Below are positions 20,278-31,551 of a DNA stretch of 64,000 nt, piece by piece (positions within the stretch are counted from its first letter, which is position 1; the number at the start of each line of letters is the position of its first letter). Under the pieces are notes generated by a model. The model made no database searches, was not told the origin of the DNA, and was given only the letters and a program-made list of their open reading frames with translations. The position numbers and the translations under genes were made by a program. Source of the DNA: Setoptus koraiensis (lineage: Eukaryota > Animalia > Arthropoda); NCBI GenBank assembly GCA_048013815.1, contig CM106586.1, positions 20,770,001 through 20,834,000 on the forward strand, written 5' to 3'.

Positions 20278-21699
20278 TCATTTATATTTGAGGCGTTTGA
20301 AATCATATTCTCTCTTGAGGGCGTCACGTTTGTTAGTTAAGAGTACCCTGGTTTTCACTAAATCATCTACTTCTTCTTGAAGAGTCATAATTTGGTCCAA
20401 CTTCCTTTTACGGCAGTTTTGTGCAGCCACCTTATTTTTACCTCTCCTCCTGATGTCTCTTACAAGGGATATTTCTGTTTCTGTTAGATCCATTTTGGCT
20501 AGACGGTCATTGAACTGCTCAATTGATAGATTGACAATTTCGTCGTACGATATGGGGATTTTGGCATCTTTAATACGCATACAATCTTTATTGCTTATTG
20601 ATTGTGTGTCATCGTCTTGAGGGGCCGGCGAATAATAGTTGGCAGTTATTTGCTGCTGAGGAGATGTGGTCAGTTGCTGCTGCTGGACTATCTCATGTTG
20701 TAGTTGGTGTTGGTGTTGTTGTTGCTGTTGCTGGTGCTGTTGCTGTTGAATTTGTTGTAGCGACCCGGGCTGATAATGCTGAGGTTGTAACTGGGTCGTA
20801 TATTGCTGCTGCTGTTGCATTTGTTGGATATGCGGCATAGAGCCAGACTGATACTGGCTATGCAACTGGGCATGAGTGACATATTGTTGCTGCTGATATT
20901 GGGGCTCCAACTGGGCATGGCTGGTATATAGCTGCGGCTGTTGTTGTATTTGGGCTTGCAATTGCGATTGCTGTTGCTGAACGGGCATTTCTGGGATGTA
21001 CGACGACAAAAATACGGGCTGCGATTGTTGGTCATCGTGATTAGTGGCCGGTTGACTTGATACTATTGAGCCGCTCGAATCTGGAATGGGATCGACAGAG
21101 TTGAGTAGATTATCGCCATTAGTCAGTTCGTTTTGCAACGAAGATTGTGCGATGGAGGGCCGATTGAACGAGCTGAAGTCGTGGTGGTGATGTTCATGTT
21201 GATTTAGATGGGCGCCATTTGCCAGTATTTGCTCGTTGCTTTGCACTAGATTGGCGGCGGCGCTCGGCGAATGAATGAAATTTGTGTTTGGGATGAGATA
21301 CGAATTCATTTGATGAAACGAGTGACCACCAAAAGCGGACGCGTTGACAGCGGGTGCCTCGAGAAAGGTCCATTGCTGCTGTTGTTGTTGTTGTTGGTCG
21401 TGATTATTTACATTTGTGGTCGTAGTGTCGTGAAGGTGATTGGTGGAATTGTGGTGATAGAGCTGATGATGATGGTGCTGATAATTGATGCCAGCCGATG
21501 AGTTCGGCGAGAAGGACGCCGATTGGAGATGCTGGGTATGTTGTTGCTTGTGGTTCAACATGTTGAAAGTTGGTGCTGGTTGGTGGTGCTGGTGTTTCGA
21601 TGCTTGGATATTATTATCCGTTGCGGCGAGCGCCTCTTGTTTTGGCGAAGGGCTCGCTGACGGCACTGAAACAGGTAAATGGTGCACCACTAATTCCAT
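20278..21699 (-). CDS. cnc: Cap'n'collar (CNC/Nrf2-family) bZIP transcription factor, 473 aa, Q/H-rich N-terminus
   Basis: KIPISYDEIVNLSIEQFND...LVRDIRRRGKNKVAAQNCRKRKLDQI is the CNC-bZIP signature. An in-frame TAG lies 4 codons upstream of ATG 21699. Confidence 0.9.
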   Translation of the reverse strand: MELVVHHLPVSVPSASPSPKQEALAATDNNIQASKHQHHQPAPTFNMLNHKQQHTQHLQSASFSPNSSAGINYQHHHHQLYHHNSTNHLHDTTTTNVNNHDQQQQQQQQWTFLEAPAVNASAFGGHSFHQMNSYLIPNTNFIHSPSAAANLVQSNEQILANGAHLNQHEHHHHDFSSFNRPSIAQSSLQNELTNGDNLLNSVDPIPDSSGSIVSSQPATNHDDQQSQPVFLSSYIPEMPVQQQQSQLQAQIQQQPQLYTSHAQLEPQYQQQQYVTHAQLHSQYQSGSMPHIQQMQQQQQYTTQLQPQHYQPGSLQQIQQQQHQQQQQQHQHQLQHEIVQQQQLTTSPQQQITANYYSPAPQDDDTQSISNKDCMRIKDAKIPISYDEIVNLSIEQFNDRLAKMDLTETEISLVRDIRRRGKNKVAAQNCRKRKLDQIMTLQEEVDDLVKTRVLLTNKRDALKREYDFKRLKYK

Positions 21700-21891
21700 A
21701 CTAATGGACTACTGTGATTGCGGTGACTGTTGTGCCAAAGTGGCGTGTAGCGTGTGGTATTGTGTCAAGTCAAGAGGGCTAATAGCAGCTCAAATTAGAG
21801 GATGCTGCTCGAATATGTCGCTGATATCTGTTCTATTGTCATTGCTGTATCATGGATGGTTGTGTATGATAGTCCTCATTTTGTTCATTGT

Positions 21892-21893
21892 AG

Positions 21894-21934
<41 letters not shown>

Positions 21935-21946
21935 GCTGTTGTTGTT
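21892..21946. repeat. (GTT)n microsatellite
   Basis: Read directly. Confidence 0.9.
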
Positions 21947-23976
21947 GTCACAACAAGTGGTTGCGGTAGCGGTTGTGCTGTGGTCGTGTCTACGAATAAT
22001 AATGAGTTTGCATTTACAACACACTAAAATATATATCTATAATTTGAAACGTATTAGTGAGTTCTGTTGTCACTACTTATTGCCAAGTGTGTGTACATTA
22101 AATGTTTGTTTGTGAAAAATTCTTATTATTATTAGTGTCATATACGACCAGCACTGCTGTCAGCCCGCGATACAGCTAGTGTGGTAGTAGTGGCGGCGGT
22201 TGTGGTGGCGGTGGTGGTTGGCTCATCGCAACAAGGCAACCCATGTAACATAGCCCATGTATACAGAGCCCTGCGAACAAACGACAATAATTAGACGCTA
22301 AATTAGTTATGTGTCCGGTTGGTTTTGTGCGATATTAGACCATCGCTAATCATCGCTACTGCCACTCTGACTGCGCCACTACGCTAAATCATACAACGGC
22401 CCGGCCTGGCTCGACTCGGCTCGGTTTGGCCCGGCTGGATGGCTGTTTCACTGACAATTGTGAGTTTTGGCATAACGTTAGACAAATTATAGACAGATAT
22501 AGATTTGGAAAAGCAAAGCGAGTGATACAAGTAAAACTGAACGGGCTGTGCCGAAATTTGTGACTGTGGCACAAAGCGTCGCGCATCGATCCCATTTCGC
22601 CACACGAATGTTCGGCGCTGTGCGGCGCCAAACTGTCAAATGTCAAATGTGCCCGGCACACGCAGACAGAAATCGGTGCGCACCCGGCCGTGTAAGTGGC
22701 AACAACAACAACATCGCCACCAGAGATGGATAGATACAGCAATTGTATAATGATGTCCCTGTGTGTGTCGACAGTCGACTGACCTATAGCAGTATCGGCA
22801 CCATCGTACTGTTTGCCTATTAGCTGTAGCTGCAGCAGCAACAGCTCAATTTTGACCAATCATTCTCGTCTTCGCCAGCCTGGTGAGTCAGTTGTAACTT
22901 GTGTTGTGACTTCAATTTCGCCCGGCAAACAAGTCGAATATCCAGCAAATATCACTCGCTCTCTCTAACGCTGCCCGCTAACAAACCCTGGTGGCGATAC
23001 TCACGCTTGCGACAACTGTTGTGTCCTTCATTATCTCGCTCGAGCCGCGAGCCGCGAACCGCGAGCCTCGAGCCGACCGGCAATCGGTGCCCGCTGTCAG
23101 TTGCGACGCAAGCAACACGTTGAGTATCTTCGGCGATCGTGGCCTCCCATCGGCGTCGACAAATCTGTGCACGGGGCCTCCATTTTGCAAATTCTGACGC
23201 CTTCGTCACCGGCACTTACGTGGGCACGTATGCAGATAAAGGGCACGTCGAGCTGCCGTTGCGATCGCCGTTGCGATCGTTGGTGCGGTCGATGTTGTTG
23301 CGATCGCTGTTGCGGTCGATGCTGGTGTGATGCCCGTTGTTGTTGTCGCTGTTGTTGGCACCACAAGTTGTGGAAGTGCCCTAATGGTCCGATTGTCGCA
23401 TAGTTCAGCGGTTGCTGTCGCCGTCGTGCCCCTGAGCTGGCCGCTGCAGGGCCAAGTCGCACGATCAAGCGGCCATTTTGAGCAACAAGGCGCCAGCAAA
23501 ACAATGGTGATTGGTAAAAGTCGATTGGCGCATCGACGGTCAGCGAGTCAATTTAGCCACACCATTACACACTGGATGATGACGCTCGATCGAGCTTTAA
23601 TTGGTGGCGCGACCGAGATGCCATCATTGCGATTAGCGATTCATTAGCAGCCACCGTTATTTATTCTTGTTCAATTGACTTCATATGCTGTACATTATGA
23701 TAATTATATAATGCATTGCGTCATGTTTATTATTTGCATCAGCTATGAGGGCGACAATGAGCGACAATGAGCGACAATCATTAAGAGTGACACGATTGAA
23801 AGTGACAACCCCAAAAATAGACACACACTTGACTGGGTTGATGAACTGGCAACGGTGAACCCAATCAGACTATTTCCACCTCATCGCTATAAGCAAGCAT
23901 CTCGCTATATTCGCGTTTGCTACATAATCATAATCAATTAGACTGCACGGCTGCTGTCGCCATTGTCGCCGTTGTT

Positions 23977-23980
23977 ATCG

Positions 23981-24030
<50 letters not shown>
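23977..24030. repeat. (GTT)n microsatellite
   Basis: Read directly. Confidence 0.9.
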
Positions 24031-24032
<2 letters not shown>

Positions 24033-25201
24033 CGCTGCTGATGGCGTTTACAACAACAGCGACAGGTGACGTCACTGAAAACTATCACCAAATTAACTAG
24101 AGTACTCTTCATCATTAGTTACCGTTGACTGGTTGCACAGTTACAGTTGTATACATTTCCATATATTGTGTTTTGGGCATGATTGTAGACTTTGTGATGA
24201 TTGTAGACCACACATCTTTATTGTAATCACAGTTTACATGATCCACTTAATGATTTTCGTCTCGCCGCTGTTGTGCCCACCGAACACATCTATACTCAAA
24301 CAAAGAGCAACAAGTGAACCAGTGTGCTCCAATGAGCAGCATCTTCACATTGTTTAATGGCCGAATGGGTGATTGTCCAACAGCAACGCTCATCATGACA
24401 AACTGGTTTTTCTACAGCCCCCTCTTTCTTACGCAATTGTGTGAGCACTTGATCAACTGTCAAACGCTTAATCACTGCTAATTCACTTGCCCAGACAACC
24501 AACATCTTTTTACACTTGTCATTTACCTCTAGTGGGCTACACATCGCTCAATACATCACAGCCAATCACACAATAGAAACCAATTCAAACTATCCGGCAT
24601 CAATCGTAATCTAAACAAAGATATTTTGCTATTGCACCAACACACACAAATGCAACACAGTGAACAGTGTCCAACAGTTTTAACAGGTAAATTACGTCAA
24701 ATAAACACTGTCACACACATGTATATCAGCGTATAAGCGTATCCACGTCCGAAGAACATGCTACAGAAGTGACATCAGTGGCAAATCGTCAATAATAAAA
24801 CACAAGTCAGCAAGCTAGTGATATACGAAAATACAAGCAACATTGACAAAAACGGTCCACTAAACGGGATTTGATGAAACGGCCAAATCAAATGTTCAAA
24901 TGACGCAAACGAGCCTCTCGCTTTCTTCATTAGAGGTCACCAAATTAATTGTGATACTACTCATCTCACTTGTAACACAAATAAATTGCGGCGGAAAAGG
25001 AAAAGGGGGCGGCAGCGGTAAGTTGTCCAATATTGATTAATTTTCATTTATCTGCATATAATGGCTTATTATAGTTGGCCGTTGTGCACTTGTTATGGCT
25101 TATTTTACAAGTTTCTCTTGGCTGCCCGCTATAATAACATAAAACCATCCTAATAATGTAATGATGGCTGTCCTAACCGACGGCTCAACTTTATTTATAA
25201 A

Positions 25202-25269
25202 CGGCTGCACCCAAATACCCGGCTGCACCCAAATATACGGCTGCAAACAAATATACGGCTGCAAACAAC
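25202..25269. repeat. 18-bp tandem repeat, about 4 units (CGGCTGCA[C/A][C/A]CAAATA[C/T][C/A])
   Basis: cggctgcacccaaatacc cggctgcacccaaatata cggctgcaaacaaatata cggctgcaaacaac. Confidence 0.85.
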
Positions 25270-25635
25270 AACTGGCGCTTAAATAGGGGGACACATCATA
25301 ATACAAACACATGTTGGGGGACCCAAACAAGGCATGATTATGTTGCTTCATTTTGCCCTTCCACTCACGAGAGCTTTCAATCTAGTACCATTGCATGCTG
25401 CTTTTGTGCATTACGCACTCAATAGTTTAAAACTCATCTGACGCTTTGTCGATCCGATTCTTGCCTCTGTATCGGACGAGCTTTATCTGTTGGGCCTCAT
25501 TGAATGCTGCAACCAATCCTCAACTATCTAATTGCTTCTTCCCGACTCACTCACGCTCATGCGACCACCCTAAACACCAATCAATCCCTAGATAATGCGC
25601 CTAACTAATCGTCAATGTTTTTTCCGCATCATAGT

Positions 25636-27469
25636 GCCCATTTACATGCCCATCCCTATACCGGTGCCCATGCCCGTGGGCCCGCACCACGGTGGCGGAG
25701 GCAAACCGAGTTACGGTGGTGGTGGCGGCGGAGGCAGCGGCGGCGGCGGCGGAGGTGGCGAGGTGAGAAAAATTTATGTTTTGCAAGCAATACCTCAGCA
25801 ACACACCAACAGGGGTATGAAGGGCGGCGGTGTGATGCATCCGCACGTGCACCCGAACCCGGTCATGGTGCAAGCGCAACCCCAACCGCCGGCCTCGTAC
25901 GAGCCGCCCGTGGTTAGACATCGTGCGCCAACACACCAGGCCAAGAAGGTACCGGGTGGGTATAGCCACGGCGACGAGGGCGGATTGTCGGAGTATGGCA
26001 GTAAAACACAGAAGAATCTTATAGATAGCCAGTTGAAAATATTGCCCATAATAGTTATACCGCCAATAGCGCCAATGGGACCCATTCAGCTGCCACAAGT
26101 TCAAACTAAGTATCACAGTGGACACAGTGCTGCAGCGCCAGTGCCCAAAATGACACTGACGCCCCAGTTTAATAATTATGTTTTGGCGCCCAAGAGCTCG
26201 CCGTCGAACAGCAACCAGTTTGTCGATGATTTTGTGCCGCCCAACATAGCGCCCTTTACCGACGCAAAGAGCTTTGCCGATTATGGCGGCAGCACGGGCG
26301 GCACCCATTTCAAGCAGACCATTGGGGCCCGAAGTCGACGACGCAGTCACATTGTGCCCCCGTCGCAGGATATGAGCAACGACGGCTACAATCAGCGACC
26401 GCAACGAACCAACAACAGACCAACTGGCGATTATGATTCCATCCAGAGTCAAATAGACGAGCCACCGATAAGCAAGGCGAGCAATTACGGCCCTCGTCAA
26501 TTCTTGTCGCCGAAACAAATATCTGTGAGGCGCACCAGGCAGCAGCAGCAACAGAGACAATTCGCTAGAGGCTCGGCCACCAAGTCGCGCCGCATCACCA
26601 GGCCCCAATTGGGCGCCAAATCTGAGGAGTTCGACGAGCCGAGTCAGCAGCATCAGGACTTTTTCGACGACGACATTGAGCAAGATCTGGACGGTTATCG
26701 GCAGTCGCGAAGCGGCGCCAGGGGCGCCCAGTACAACAGCGATCAGGCACAGTTTGAACAATCTTCTAACGGTGCATTCAATCAGCAACAACAGCAAGAA
26801 AATGTGGCCTCATACACAGAACCGAGACAACAAGTTGCTCAATTGGAACCACCGATCTTCAATGATTACGACGACATTCGTCCAAACAGACTGCAGTCGT
26901 CCGACGATAACGCCTACAGCGCCACTCATCACGCCAGACAACAACAATCCACCAATTCGGCCCGCTACATGGGCAATCAATTTTCTGGCATTAATTTCGA
27001 TATTCAAGACAATTCGGACGTCGCTCTGAGCTCGGCCTCGATGCGCAACAATGCAAGAAATCAGAGATATCAGCAACATTGGACGAGGACTCGTCAGCCG
27101 TCGCCATTTTACGATGACACCAGTGACTCTTATGACTCCGGTGCCTCTGTCATTGATGAACTGCGGGGTCTGGCCTCGGTGAAATCAATGTCGTTCGCCA
27201 ATTTCACCACCGCAACCAGCAACAGCACCACAAATGACACGCTGACAAACAGTACAATCAGCGCTAATCATGATCACAACACCAAACTCACTAGTATTAT
27301 CCTAATGCCAATTAAACAACTGACCCAACTCAATCTGAATCACAATAATAGATCGTCTACATTTCCCAATGTAAAGCACACTAAATCAAATGATGCAGCG
27401 AAGAAAACAAAATACAGCAATGTAAACAGTAGGCAGCATCATACAGAAAGAGGCTCTTTAAAAATTTGA
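25636..27469 (+). CDS. Pro/Gly/Gln-rich low-complexity hypothetical protein (about 610 aa), probably the last exon of a secreted or cuticular protein; upstream exon not identified
   Basis: 624-codon ORF with GC-rich, coding-like composition. A likely acceptor ttttttccgcatcatag| lies near 25635. It contains PIPIPVPMP, poly-G and IIVIPPIAP. Confidence 0.6.
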
Positions 27470-28314
27470 ACAATGCCAGAGATAAAGACACTCGAGGGAG
27501 CATCATTATCTGCATGCTAGATTCATCGCCAAAAACAGTCAAAAACATGCATAGTTTTACCACTTTTACTGTTACAGTTATTATATTTGTGACAATTATT
27601 GTTTTGCTTTTACACCAACCGTATATGTAGACCTAAACAAAATCAATTAAACATTTAATGGGTCTAGTGCTCTACAAACAACACAATCAACATGCCACTA
27701 TGGCGAGGGTGCCAGAGGGAGCGCTAAATGGAATAACAACAAGAATCAAGTTTTCAGTAGTAGATGTAATTGATTTTTGAGTGATGATGCCCTTCAAACA
27801 AACTTGTAAGCTTGTTTGCAGCTTGCTAGCAGCTTGTCTGAGATGATTTATGGATCCATTTATGGATTTTCAACTGTCTAATCGTTGTGAATGACAGTCT
27901 TACTACAAGTGTATAACCATGGAACAGTGACATTATGCAACATTGAGATAAATTAATTGTTTTAATCAATCAACAACACAAATGAATTCTCTGGTCTTCC
28001 GAGCTGAAAATAAATGTCAGTGTTCACATTGCGACTATTGTTGACCTTATTTATCGCATCACTCGTCTCAAAACTTCTTTGGACTACATGGTCTAGTCAA
28101 CGGTGCTAGTACATTGTTATTATTATTATTAATATTATTGCAAGAATCACTAGTTACGCCTCGTTAGGTCAAGCCTGTGCCAGGTTATTGACTTGTTAGT
28201 AGATTTAGACGGCTTTGGCCGCAATTGACGAGTCAAGTATTCTTTTCAACAGGTTTACTTTGTTTTGTGAATTCACGTTAAAATTACATGATTTTAGTTC
28301 GATGATGTCATCCA

Positions 28315-30398
28315 TCAGACAGACTCTTCTTCGGACTCGTCTCTAGTCTCCTTCTTTTTGTGGCCCTCCTTAGCGCATCGCTTAAAATTGTCCCAATAAT
28401 TTTGGTCGTTTAGTTTAGAATGATCTCTACAATTCTCTGGACCTAATGTGTGTATCATGGCATAATCTAAACAGGTAATATTTCCGTCACCATCACAATC
28501 ATACAAATATCTTTTGTCTACGTTTTTGTGAACTATCCCCATATAATTGATAACGGTATCCACAGCGCACTCTAATTCGTTGGCACAGTCCTCAAAAGCT
28601 AGCATAGGAAAAATAAGTCATCATAACAATTGATTGATCAATAAATAGAGCCGAACAAACGCATCTCATCTACGAATATAAATTGAAATATGAATTGTAG
28701 AGCTTACCTAAATGGTCGTTGGTGTTGTTGCCTGGCGCGTCTCCTCTCCCCCAATATTCTCTGGTCAATTTGAATGGTCCACAATGATATTGATCTTGAC
28801 CGCGAGTGACGCAACGCAAATCTTGGTCGCATCCAGTCGAGGCCTATCGTCGATGAAACACAAAGATCATTATAATTATTATTAGATTTGTATATAAATA
28901 ATATTTTAGGTGCAACTTAATCGCTTTTAAGAGTCCAGGTAACTATGTCTCAGTTGATTATACTCACAACACATATGCAACGAAGACAATCATCGTTGAG
29001 TCCGACATCGGACAGCTCCTCAATTATCGGCTTGGATCGGGGCTGGCTCAACTGCACAGGAGTTGTTTGTTTCTTGGTCGCGCTCGACTTCTTGAAGTCC
29101 ATTCTCTTTGGGCTTTCCGGATTCTTAGTCAGGTGTATGACCTCGTTGGATTGACTGCCAGAGGTGTCGGTCTTTTCCGGATCACCAGATTCTGACGTGT
29201 CGTCATTATCATTGGAATTACCACTGTCATCATTACCGTTACTATCATTGTCTGATGATGTCGAGTCCTCATTACTGTTGCTGTCCTTGTCATCATTAGC
29301 TTTATTTGTCTCTTGTTGTTTTGGTTCTGATTTACTTGTTTGCGGCGGGGTCTGCTTAGGCTTGTTGGCAAGCATCTGATTATTTGCATTTGAGTTGGTG
29401 CTTGTAGCTGTACCGGTGGACTGACCATTTAATCTAGAAGTGAATGTTTGAGCGGCTTGCTGGGGTGTCAAGAATTGTTGGGGATAATTTGTCATTTGTT
29501 GAGGCTGAGTGGTCAATAATTGACTGGCCAACTGATTGGGGGCAGACACAAATGGCGACTGGTATATGTTCTGTTGAAGTTGCTGAAGCTGCTGAAGTCG
29601 TTGCTGCTGTTTTTGTAGTTGCTGCTGCAATTGATGCTGCAGTTGCAGTTGTTGTTGTTGTTGCTGCTGCTGTTGTTGCATTTGTTGAATTTGCTGTATT
29701 GATCCGGGCTGGTAGTGGGGCTGCAATTGAGCCTGGCTCGTGTATTGTTGCTGCTGTTGCATTTGGGTTTGAGTTTGGGGTTGCAGCTGAGATGGCTGTT
29801 GCTGAACGGGTATTTCTGGGATATAAGAAGACAAAAATATGGGCTGCAGTTGTTGGTCGTCTTGATTGATAGCCGGCTGACTCGATATTGTTGAGCCACT
29901 CGAGTCTGGAATAGAATTGACAGAGTTGAGTATATTATCGCTATTTGACAATTCGTTTTGCAACGAAGATTGTACGACGGAGGGCCGACTGAACGAGCTG
30001 AAATCAGGGCTATTCTGATTTGTCAGAAGATGCCCGCTCGTCATTAGATTGGCGCTTGGCGAATGGATGAAATTTGTACTTGGAATGAGATACGAATTCA
30101 TTGAATGAAATGAATGGCCACCAAAACTGGATGGACTTACAGCGGGTGTCTCGAGGAAGGTCCATTGCGGATTGTTTGATAATGTTTGTTCATGATTATT
30201 TACATTTGTCTTGGTATCGTGCATGTGAATTTGTTGTTGATGATTGATACTGTCGGTTGAAGTTGGCGAAAAAGAAGCTGCTGGCTGCTTATTTAGCAAA
30301 TTGAATGATGATTGCTTAGATTGTTGCTCGCTTAAAGCAATTAGCGGCGGCGGGCTTGCTGGCACTAGAACAGGTTGATGATACAACATCAGTTCCAT
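28315..30398 (-). CDS. i-type (destabilase-family) lysozyme preceded in the same reading frame by a CNC-derived Q-rich region and an S/N/D-rich linker; exons 30398(or further 5')-28968, 28843-28708, 28598-28315
   Basis: The splice product reads NDDCLRCICV|ASTGCDQDLRCVTRGQDQYHCGPFKLTREYW...DHL|AFEDCANELECAVDTVINYM...DCDGDGNITCLDYAMIHTLGPENC, with canonical GTGAGT..TAG and GTAAGC..TAG introns. The lysozyme call is strong; the 5' structure is less certain. Confidence 0.72.
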
Positions 30399-31299
30399 GA
30401 TACGATTAATGGGCGACTGGTGGGCCAATGTCTCCAGCGATGGATCGTTGAGGTCAAGAGAGGAATTGTTGTTTATCACACTGGAGCTGGCCACAGGATT
30501 GTTGCTGTTGTTATTATCATTGTTAGTACGATAAATGTGTATTATTCTTGATTGAGTTAATTTAGGATCATGGCTGTACAATAAAAGTATACAAGTTATC
30601 AATAATTTGGCACTTGGAGCTAGTCTGTTATAAGTATATTTATAAATTTTACATTTATTCATACAATTTATTGTGACTATTTTAGTTTTCTTCTTCTTTG
30701 AATATTCCATTTGGATAGTAGTTGCTGCGGACACAGGCTCATAATGTAACCATGAATATACATGACGATTGTTAAACATAGTGTTGATGTACAATTAATC
30801 AATGATGATTAACATCACTGGATACAACAAGCTGATTCTGATTGTTGATTATGCAATAACCAAAGTAAACTATCTGGGCTGATGAACTCTCTCATCGTGA
30901 CACAACATCAATAATCTAGCCAACGCAAAATCCAAAGAAAGAATGATGTTCTTTCTTTTTGTTTTCTAATAAAATCGTTTGCTCGAACGGAGACAAAACC
31001 TTCATCAAACGAACGATGAATGCCCTTATTCGAGACAAAGAAACAACATATTACTTTCTATTCACTGACTGCTGTGTAACTCAATCTTGTAAAGATCATC
31101 CTCTGAGAGACTATCTCGTAAATCTTACAATCGCTTACAATTGAACCCATGCCAAAATCTAGAATGCTCTGATAGTTTTAAGCAAATTGTTGTAGCTCAA
31201 TACATCGAAGAATCCTCCGCTTGACGACGACGATGACAACAACAACTATTACGGTGACAAAAGCGGTTCGTAATGAATATAATAATGTCGCTACATTGT

Positions 31300-31329
<30 letters not shown>
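31300..31329. repeat. (CT)n microsatellite
   Basis: Read directly. Confidence 0.9.
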
Positions 31330-31331
<2 letters not shown>

Positions 31332-31551
31332 GAGACCTGTTGTTGTGACTGCCGCTGTTGATGTTCTTGTGGATAGTAGTTGTTGTCGCTGCAGAGATGC
31401 ACCAGAGGAAGCAACAGATGTAATCACTTCCTAAAAGGTGACAATTTCCTCTTTCTCAGTCAGTCAGCCAGTGTCGTCCAAAGGAAGGTGACGATTCTAG
31501 ATCGCCTTTGAATTGCTCGGTTGCCTGGTGAGCTTACATTAAAATTATCCA

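Noticed and set aside
23101-23403. Cys-rich ORF (CDRRCDRWCGRCCC...) suggestive of a metallothionein or toxin
   Set aside because: It arises from a degenerate 12-bp GTTGCGATCGCN repeat, all frames give low-complexity ORFs, and it has no signal peptide or family pattern.
25601-26797. 398-aa minus-strand ORF
   Set aside because: It is the antisense shadow of the GC-rich plus-strand ORF 25595-27469. The same applies to 42656-43453, 43673-44041, 29444-29869, 21485-22027, 18697-19086 and 32809-33189.
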